Source: Nemertoderma westbladi
Taxonomy: Eukaryota; Animalia; Xenacoelomorpha
DNA length: 45,862 nt
Reading direction: 5' to 3'
NCBI GenBank assembly: GCA_032718475.1
Contig: JAUCBJ010003821.1
Coordinates: forward strand, 1 to 45,862
The position numbers and the translations under genes are program-made. Below are positions 37,481-45,862 of the stretch, one piece after another. Numbering within the stretch: position 1 is the stretch's first letter; each line of letters opens with the position of its first letter. Under the pieces are notes generated by a model that had not been told where the DNA came from, made no database searches, and was given only the letters and a program-made list of their open reading frames with translations.

Positions 37481-39570
37481 TAATAACTCGGGTCCGAGAT
37501 AACCAACCAATCAGTGAGTGGAATTATATCGGGCCTCCACTTAATAACTCGAGCACCGAGATAACCAACCAATCAGTGAGTTAAATTATCTCGGGCCCCG
37601 ACTTAATAACTCGGGCCCTGAGATCACCAACCAATCAGTGAGTTAAATTAACTCGGGCTCTGACTTAATAACTCGGGGCCCCAAGATAACCAACCAATCG
37701 AATTATCTTGGACCCCGACTTAATAACTCGGGCCCCAAGATAACCAACCAATCAGTGAGTTGAATTATCTCGGGCCCCGACTTAATAACTCGGGCCCCGA
37801 GATAACCAACCAATCAGTGAGTTGAATTATCTCGGGCCCCGACTTAATAACTCGGGCCCCGAGATAACCAACCAATCAGTGAGTTGAATTATCTCGGGCC
37901 CCGACTTAATTAATAACTCGGGCCCTGAGATAACCAACCAATCAGTGAGTTGAATTATCTCGGGCCCCGACTTAATAACTCGGGCCCGAGATAACCAACC
38001 AATCAGTGAGTTGAATTATCTCAGGTCCCGACTTAATAACTCGAGCCGAGATAACCAACCAATCAGTGAGTTGAATAATCTCGGGCCCCGCCTCAATAAC
38101 TCGGGCCCGAGATAACCAGCCAATCAGTGAGTTGAATTATATCGGGCCCTGACTTAATAACTCGGGCCCCGAGATAACCAACGAATCAGTGAGTTAAATT
38201 ATATCGGGCCCCGACTTAATAACTCGGGCTGTGAGATAACCAACGAATCAGTGAGTTGAATTATCTCGGGCCCCGACTTAATAACTCGGGCTGTGAGATA
38301 ACCAACCAATCAGTGAGTTGAATTATCTCGGGCCCCGACTTAATAACTCGGGCCCTGAGATAACCAACCAATCAGTGAGTTGAATTATCTCGTGCCCCGA
38401 CTTAATAACTCGGGCCCGAGATAACCAACCAATCAGTGAGTTGAATTATCTCAGGTCCCGACTTAATAACTCGAGCCGAGATAACCAACCAATCAGTGAG
38501 TTGAATTATCTCGGGCCCCGCCTTAATAACTCGGGCCCGAGATAACCAGCCAATCAGTGAGTTGAATTATATCGGGCCCCGACTTAATAACTCGGGCCCC
38601 GAGATAACCAACGAATCAGTGAGTTAAATTATATCGGGCCCCGACTTAATAACTCGGGCCCGAGATAACCAACCAATCAGTGAGTTGAATTATCTCAGGT
38701 CCCGACTTAATAACTCGAGCCGAGATAACCAACCAATCAGTGAGTTGAATTATCTCGGGCCCCGCCTTAATAACTCGGGCCCGAGATAACCAGCCAATCA
38801 GTGAGTTGAATTATATCGGGCCCCGACTTAATAACTCGGGCCCCGAGATAACCAACGAATCAGTGAGTTAAATTATATCGGGCCCCGACTTAATAACTCG
38901 GGCTGTGAGATAACCAACCAATCAGTGAGTTGAATTATCTCGGGCCTCGACTTAATAACTCGGCCCAGAGATAACCAACCAATCAGTGAGTTGAATTATC
39001 TCGGCCTCCGACTTAATAGCTCGGGCCCGAGATAACCAACCAATCAGTGAGTTAAATTAACTCGAGCTCCGACTTATTAACTCGGGCCCCAAGATAACCA
39101 ACCAATCAGTGAGTTGAATTATCTCGGGTCCCGACTTAATAACTCGAGCCCCAAGATAATCAACCAATCAGTGAGTTGAATTATCTCGGGCCCCCACTTA
39201 ATAACTCGGGCCCTGAGATCACCAACTCCTCATTAAGTTAAATTATCTCGGGCCCCGACTTAATAACTCGGGCCCTGAGATCACCAACCAATCAGTGAGT
39301 TAAATTAACTCGAGCTCCGGCTTATTAACTCGGGCCCCAAGATAACCAACCAATCAGGGAGTTGAATTATCTCGGGCCCCGACTTAATAACTCGGGCCCG
39401 CGATAACCAACCAATCAGTGAGTTGAATTATCTCGGGCCCCGACTTAATAACTCGGCCCAGAGATAACCAACCAATCAGTGAGTTGAATTATCTCGGCCC
39501 CCGACTTAATAACTCGGGCCCGAGATAACCAACCAATCAGTGAGTTTAATTATCTCGGGCCCTGAGATAA
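37481..39570. repeat. 61-62-bp tandem repeat, about 34 copies
   Basis: Unit GAGATAACCAACCAATCAGTGAGTTGAATTATCTCGGGCCCCGACTTAATAACTCGGGCCC(C). Confidence 0.97.
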
Positions 39571-39732
39571 CCTGATATAAGATATAAGTCAGGGCGGGCT
39601 CGAGATAATAAAAAATTTTTTTTTTCATGTCTCTTTAGGGGCTCCGTACTAATAAAATCATAAGAAGTAACAGTCTAAACCTATACTTAACTTAACTTAA
39701 CCCTATATATACTTAACCTTATACCAACTTAA

Positions 39733-42347
39733 CCCTATATGGCCTGTGGGGGGTCATTTTATAAATGTTCTTGTAATTCATCAGTATATGAGTCAGATTT
39801 GTTTGGAAAACAGAGATTTCGTGACTTTTTCTAAAATTTAATGGGCACGCCATTTACATGGCTTTGTTAGTTTTCGGACTATGGTGCCTTTCTGGCACCC
39901 ATATCCAGTATATTTCGTGCTAAAATTTTCAAAAGTTTTTAAAGCTCACTAAAAATTAATTTATTTGCGGTATGTAGCGGTTTTTTGGACACTGATCACG
40001 ATTATAGAACTCAAATATAACATTCGAGAAATTTTTTGTAAAACGAAAAAAACAAGTTGTGGAAATATGATAATTGTTGTTTGTATATTTAATCCAACAT
40101 ATGGGACATATTTGATTAGACTCTATGAAAACTGAATACAACAAAATAAGTAAATAAAATACAATACTAGAAGGTAAAAATACGGACAGTCCGGGGGGGG
40201 GGGGGGGGGGGGGTGGCTATATACATGGTTTGTCTGTTGTCATTAGCCATAGGGCTGTCCTCAGCTCCGATGTGCACTGCGGTATACGTGTACACTCGCG
40301 GTAGTGTTCCTTAGCAGTTGCAGGGGAACCGCACATCCAACACACGCATTCATCTGAGGGTCTCCACAGCAGTTTGTTTTTGTACATATTCGGTGGTGGC
40401 AGACGTTCGATATAAGCAGCGCGGCAGAGCGACGACGAAATCCGGTTAGTCCAGTCAGGTATATTCCAGAATCAAGGGGGTTATCAATTGCATTGAGGAT
40501 CGCTGTTGATGATGAGAACTTGCTAATTCCACACCACAACTTCCAGTAAAAAGCCCGAACGCGGCGAATATGGTCCAGTTGTGCGAATATGCTACAGCCA
40601 TAGAATGTTGATGGCAGTATGATAGCTTGCCATATACGTTTTGCTGATTCAATCGATATTATACGCATATTAACCTTTGTAACGATCATTACACAATTGG
40701 AGACTCCTTTTGAATATAAATGATCGAAGTGGCCACGTCCGCCATTCTTAGTAGATAGAATAACCCCCAGGTATTGGAAAGTATTCTGGAATTCAATTGA
40801 TTGGCCGTTGTATTCTAGAACATCATTACGTGATAATCTACCTCCCTTGCGGAACTTTACTGCTTTGGTTTTATCGAGATTTACCTGGAGCCCATTCGTT
40901 TTACAATAATCTGCCAATTTATTTAAGCTGATTTGTACGTCTCCGATTGTGTCACCAACAATAACAAGGTCATCAGCATACGTAATAACCTATATAGAAG
41001 CGATTACAATGCATGCAGGAAGGTCTGCAATGAAAAGACTGAATAATAATGGGGAAAGTTTATGACCCTGCACTACGCCAATTGTTTGTGCGATCGGTTC
41101 CAATATGTGAATTCCAACGCAGATACACACAAAGTTTATAGATATCAAGGCCCATATCGCTGTGATGAACTTCCGACTTATTCCAAGATTCGATAATTTC
41201 ATGGATAGGATCTCGCGATTTATTGAATCGAAACATTTTCGGAATAAGTCTACAAAAACGCAATAAACGTCTCCGCCTGTTGGCGATGTTTATACGGTCG
41301 TACAGACATCTAACGGCGTCTATCGTGGATCGCGTGGATCGTTGGGTTTTGTTGCAGCTTCAGTGATAGCAGTGTTTATATAACTACGTGCCGAATCAAT
41401 GTTCTCACTGAGGGCCGTTTGGAAGTCATCAGGATTTAAAAGAGAGCCGAGTTTATCTGTGTCTAAATGTCTAACCGCTGGGGTTCTTTGGTGGCGTTCG
41501 GAAATATCATTATTAATTTCAAGTTGTAATTCAATACGCTGATGTTTTGTGTTAATCGTTGGTTATGAAATATGATAATGAAAAATCACCACAAAATCGA
41601 ATTGATTTTATATCCATATTGGTTTATTGGGGTGCTGATCACGAATATGACATTGAAATATATCGTACCTGTTGATTAGGACATTTCTGGATATGTGTCA
41701 ATGTGTGGCACGAAAAATACAAGTAGCACAAATTTGATAATCAAAAAACATTACCAAATCAACATGATTTTAAGACTTTAAGATTTTAATTTTTTCAAAA
41801 TTATCGTATTTTCTAACCAAATTTGATTTTTACCGTTTTAAATTTTATTCTACTTGTCCCACCAGACAAACACCAAAAACGATAATTGCGTTACCACAAT
41901 TTATTTTTAACGAGTTGTATCGTGATCAGAGGCTTTAAAAACCACTAGTTTCAGAATTACCAAACCAAAGGCAAAATTTAACAGTTTATAATTTTGTGTT
42001 AGGCACCAGAATGCCACCTAAATTGGGTTTGCATTACCAGAAATATTTACACAGGAAGTAGTTTCATCGTGATCAGCGACGTCAAAAAACCGTATACGTT
42101 CAGAATTATCAAACCAAACACAACATTTTTTAGTTTGACTTTTTTCTAATGCACCAAAAATGATGGTTGTATATGCCAGAAAATATGTTTAATAAGTTTT
42201 ATCGTGATCAGCGACCTCGAAAAAAACCCTTAAACCATCAAAATTGTATTTTTGAGACAAAATCTAAAAAATTTATAAAATGACCCCTCCCCCCCTCCCC
42301 CGAGACTGTTACGTAGTAAAATAGCCAGAACCAGACAGGGATAAAGG
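39733..42347. mobile_element. piggyBac-like non-autonomous element, interrupted by a LINE
   Basis: TTAA|CC...GG|TTAA ends and inverted subterminal GGGGTCATTTTATAAAT / ATTTATAAAATGACCCC; related GTGATCAG motifs on both sides of the LINE. Confidence 0.5.
40261..41560 (-). pseudogene. Decayed non-LTR retrotransposon RT (clade uncertain)
   Basis: FVDL.RKCFDSI, QGHKLSPLLFSLFI.DL, YADD (about 40975), GLQVNLDKTK, FQYLGV. Confidence 0.85.
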
Positions 42348-42599
42348 TTAATCTAGAGTGAATCTTAGGATATTTAAAAAAAAAACTGTATATATTTGTT
42401 TTAAACATACTATTGAATGAATGAATATAAAGTAATGTTCATCGATAAAGAAAAAAAGTTACATTTTGTGACCTTTTTTTCTCATTTTAACTGTCTGGAA
42501 TTCAATTATTCTATCTATTGAGTTTTGCACGATTTTAGCCTACGCCTATCTTTCGCAAAAATACGGATAAATTGAGAACATTTAAGCTGCCCTTCTCAC

Positions 42600-42690
42600 C
42601 TGAAGGAAAGTCTTCGGAAATCTGGAAAAAATACTGGCTCTCAAATGCAGGTGGCGTGATGGCCTGTCCGAAATAACCATTGAAGGCAAT
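42600..42690 (-). CDS. Cadherin-like gene exon (IAFNGYFGQAITPPAFESQYFFQISEDFPS)
   Basis: ttttcag acceptor, G|gtgaga donor; phase 1 joins the next exon to give SGRYFGTVKATD. Confidence 0.8.
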
Positions 42691-43140
42691 CTGAAAACAA
42701 CGAATAATGTTGAGATGTCGAACTAATATATTGTGATATAGAATTTAGCAGATGAAAGGGTAAGAATAAGTAAGAAAATAAGTTTAATTCGGAGTATAAA
42801 ATATAATTGTCAAGCAGTATATTAGGTACTATAATATATACAATTCGAATCGGTACGGCAGTACGGTAGGGCCTAGGCAAAAGAAATATATTTCAACTGC
42901 AGATCGCAGCCATTATCAATCACTGAATCAGATATGATTGGTAACCGGTAGTGGTACATCTGTTGCTTAAATATAAATTCTTATACAGTATGAGATGAGA
43001 TAGTGATATTGCACAAAACGAACTTACTACAGTACAAATTATTACTATTACCAAATAAACACATAAATGAAATTACCTAACTACAGTATAATCACAACTA
43101 TATAGCACACAACATAATATAATCTACAACCAACCCCCCC

Positions 43141-43171
<31 letters not shown>

Positions 43172-43192
43172 ACCATTTTTTTTCTCACATTG

Positions 43193-44914
43193 TCAATCAT
43201 TAAATTGGATTTTATTAATTTTTCCTGCGCTAAAGTTATCAACCTCAACTGAAACCCGTTTGTTTATTGCTTGATGTCCTAACTTCTTTATATGTAAACT
43301 CTCGAGAACTAAACGGGAGTACAACCTACTTTCTCGTCCTATTACTTTGGCCTTATGGAATAACGGGACATGATTCTCCTCTACTAAATGTGCCGCTAAC
43401 TCTGTAGCTTTTACTCTCTCGTGTCTTAAGTCGCCATCATGAGCTACTAATCTTACATCTAATGCGTATTTACTTTGTCCTACGTATACTTTATCGCACT
43501 CGCATGGGATGGCGTAAACAATTCCCCTGGGACTACTCTCAGGCTTGTGACCATTCTGTATGTATGATGCCAGGCTACGGCCCATTCTTGAGAAAGTTCC
43601 AATATTATATTTCCTACACAACCGTTCCAAACTCTCCGTGACATTTTGTACATATGGCAATGCTATGTTAATTTCAGGTTTTTCCCGTGGTTGTTTGGAT
43701 ATTGGATTTTTAATTGCATTATTTATTTTCCTTTGTGTATTGTATATGATACGTGTCGGATACCCGTTGCATTTTAGTGTATTGGCTAGGTTATTTTGAG
43801 TTTTAATTATATTAGATTCTGTGGAACATAGTCTATTAGATCGATAATATAGACCTTTGCATACACTTTGTTTAATCCTAGGGTGATGATTTGAATTAAA
43901 ATTAAGATACCTATTCGAATGTGTTGGTTTTTGATATACTGTGGTGCTTATCGAACTAGAACTACCCGGGTGGATTGTGACCAATGTATCTAAGAAGGGG
44001 AGGCTGCCGTCTTCTCGCTGGTGTTCTACAGTGAATTTCACATCGCTATGTAATGAATTTAGATTATTTAACAGTCGGTCTACCTCATCTTTATTAACTA
44101 AACACCATGTGTCATCCACATAGCGTAGCCACACTCTAGGTAAAATCCCCAGCTCAGCAGCTCTCCTTTCTAGACTGTACATAAATAGACAACTAAGGAT
44201 TGGGGAAATGGGATTTCCCATAGGCAAACCTTTAATCTGACAAAAACATTTGTCCTGAAACACAAACGCTGTTTGGTTTAGGACAAGGTCCAACAATATA
44301 CGAAAAGTATCAACATTTATCCCTGTTCGGTCTTGGAACTCTGGATCTTGTGAGATAACATCCATAACTACCTCTCTAGCCCCCTCTACCGGGACATTGC
44401 CGAACATGTTAATAACATCAAAACTGACTTGTAACTCATTATTATTTGGCACAACTTTTTTTATTTTATCAATAAAATCAGTTGAATTTTTAATATATGA
44501 TGCACCTTGACTCAAGTACCCACGTAGTACCCCAGCAATGAATTTAGCTATGTTTCCCCCTGGTGCGTTATTCCAAGCAACAATATTCCTTAATGGTGTC
44601 CCATCTTTATGGACCTTGGGATTACCATAGGTATATGGCAACTCAGAATGGTATGCACTTAACTTTGTACGTAGTGTAGACGTGATCTGTCCGTTCTTAG
44701 CTAATGAGCGTAATGTATTATTAACCCGTCTCTCGTATGTTGTTACAGGATTTTTTTCTAATTTTATAAACTGGGTAGTATCTGTTAATATATTTTCCAT
44801 TTTTTCTATGTATTCTGACTTATCTAATATTACTGTTTTATTTCCTTTATCAGCTGGGCGAATTATAATTGAGTCATTTTTTCGTAGTTCGTTAACAGCC
44901 CCCCACTCAACCTC
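43193..44914 (-). CDS. Penelope-like element ORF (RT plus GIY-YIG endonuclease), 5'-truncated
   Basis: RPADKGN.TV upstream of the called ATG, YGNPKVHK..PLR, SFDV, GLPMGNPISP, RYVDD, LPFLD, VYQKPTH..YL, GIVY..C.C..YVGQS. Confidence 0.93.
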   Translation of the reverse strand, partial: EVEWGAVNELRKNDSIIIRPADKGNKTVILDKSEYIEKMENILTDTTQFIKLEKNPVTTYERRVNNTLRSLAKNGQITSTLRTKLSAYHSELPYTYGNPKVHKDGTPLRNIVAWNNAPGGNIAKFIAGVLRGYLSQGASYIKNSTDFIDKIKKVVPNNNELQVSFDVINMFGNVPVEGAREVVMDVISQDPEFQDRTGINVDTFRILLDLVLNQTAFVFQDKCFCQIKGLPMGNPISPILSCLFMYSLERRAAELGILPRVWLRYVDDTWCLVNKDEVDRLLNNLNSLHSDVKFTVEHQREDGSLPFLDTLVTIHPGSSSSISTTVYQKPTHSNRYLNFNSNHHPRIKQSVCKGLYYRSNRLCSTESNIIKTQNNLANTLKCNGYPTRIIYNTQRKINNAIKNPISKQPREKPEINIALPYVQNVTESLERLCRKYNIGTFSRMGRSLASYIQNGHKPESSPRGIVYAIPCECDKVYVGQSKYALDVRLVAHDGDLRHERVKATELAAHLVEENHVPLFHKAKVIGRESRLYSRLVLESLHIKKLGHQAINKRVSVEVDNFSAGKINKIQFND

Positions 44915-45200
44915 ATCTCGTTCCCTAGTAACGAGTCGTCCGGGACATCTGGAGCAGCGCGAGGTTTCACCGACGGACTTTCTCCCATCTCGTTCCCTAG
45001 TAACGAGTCGTCCGGGACATCTGGAGCAGCGCGAGGTTTCACCGACGGACCTTCTCCCATCTCGTTCCCTAGTAACGAGTCGTTCAGGACATCCGGAGCA
45101 GCGCGAAGTTCTACCGACGGACTTTCTCCCACCTCGTTCCCTAGTAACGAGTTGTTCGGGACATCCGGAGCAGCGCGAAGTTCTACCGACGGACTTTCAC
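44914..45200. repeat. 72-bp tandem repeat, 4 copies
   Basis: Unit CATCTCGTTCCCTAGTAACGAGTCGTCCGGGACATCTGGAGCAGCGCGAGGTTTCACCGACGGACTTTCTCC. Confidence 0.95.
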
Positions 45201-45391
45201 CCAGTTTGGTACCTATTGCGGACACCCCCACATGTATACATTCCTCGGTTGTCTATGCAACTGTACCCGGGAGATGTGATGACGCGGAATTCCAACACCT
45301 TTACAACAGTGCGGGTTGTGTGGTCAAGGGGGAACTTTCTACCGTAGAAGGAAAGAAAGAACCCGGGGGGACTCCTCCGAGAGACGGCTTC

Positions 45392-45862
45392 ATGGGGGTA
45401 GCACATTTACTTAATTTTATAAGGTGTAATTATAATAACCGTGTTCTAACTTTGACATCGAGCCTATTGGATTTAAATAGGAAAGTTGCGGAACAGAGGT
45501 GTAGGAAGCAGTTTTTGACTTCCTGTTACAACGAACGCATGACTCCGCAAAGTCTAAAAGTGAGTCCACCAGGTAATTTTAAACCAAACTTTTCAAATAG
45601 TGCGGAATTAAATTACACAGGGGTGGCTATATCACAATGCAAAAGAGAGATAGAGGAGTTACAGTATAAAATCAAGTGCATTACACTAGCATTGAATGGG
45701 CATTATTTAGACCTTCACATATATTCTTTGGTGGACAAATTTGTTTCCATATATTATGATAATGTACTTTCACGTGGTATAGCTGGTTTTGAAAGTAAAT
45801 TAAGGTGGCTTCGTGTGAAAAATAATAAGTTACCGCCGTCTAGAATAACTGTACAAAATACA
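45392..45862 (+). CDS. Probable N-terminus of a Penelope-like ORF, runs off the window
   Basis: 157 open codons from ATG; LLNFIRCNY..LNRKV..QFLTSC...MTPQSLKV resembles the Penelope N-terminal FL..C....P pattern. Confidence 0.6.
   Translation, partial: MGVAHLLNFIRCNYNNRVLTLTSSLLDLNRKVAEQRCRKQFLTSCYNERMTPQSLKVSPPGNFKPNFSNSAELNYTGVAISQCKREIEELQYKIKCITLALNGHYLDLHIYSLVDKFVSIYYDNVLSRGIAGFESKLRWLRVKNNKLPPSRITVQNT

Larger units (their letters stand above)
18650..42690 (-). other. Host gene: cadherin-repeat single-pass transmembrane protein, at least 9 exons, roughly 940 aa, 5' end not identified
   Basis: GT-AG bounded exons join in compatible phases. Cadherin motifs PAF..Y..ISED.P.G..GTVKATDLDG, YSIVSGNDGGLFEVDKDTGII, PRFSQGLY and VATVDAADSDG, then a TM helix. 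Confidence 0.85.

Noticed and set aside
22227-39570. Regular arrays as CRISPR loci
   Set aside because: Units are contiguous with no unique spacers, there are no cas genes, and the context is eukaryotic introns.
42597-42625. Hammerhead-like CTGAAGG...GAAA
   Set aside because: The core is mismatched and the sequence is explained as the antisense of a coding exon.
43028-43075. Signal-peptide exon (FHLCVYLVIVIICTV with gtaagt donor)
   Set aside because: Hydrophobic and in phase with the next exon, but preceded by an in-frame TAA with no in-frame ATG.
44682-45347. 221-aa + strand ORF and its antisense ORF
   Set aside because: Products of the 72-bp repeat plus the antisense of the Penelope RT; no independent support.

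Overview
AT-rich animal (invertebrate-type) genomic DNA in two halves. Left half (1-18.4 kb) is a nested stack of mobile elements. A decayed BEL/Pao LTR retrotransposon (pol 17-3604) has its candidate 3' LTR split by a young gag-only BEL-type element (4050-10997; apparently identical 566-bp LTRs, TGGAG target duplication, no pol, no canonical tRNA primer site, and a hairpin loop in its LTR complementary to the primer-site position). An LTR-type end at 15645 abuts an endogenous Polinton/adintovirus-like virion module: truncated minor capsid, decayed core-like gene, open 419-aa major capsid, and an adenain protease with one stop. Right half (18.6-45.9 kb) holds a spliced minus-strand host gene for a cadherin-repeat single-pass membrane protein (9 phase-compatible exons reconstructed, roughly 940 aa, start not found). 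Its introns carry four different satellite arrays, MITEs, a tRNA-derived SINE and RTE and other LINE fragments. The window ends with two divergently oriented Penelope-like ORFs separated by a structured 72-bp repeat. All family assignments come from motif recognition by eye; no searches were run.
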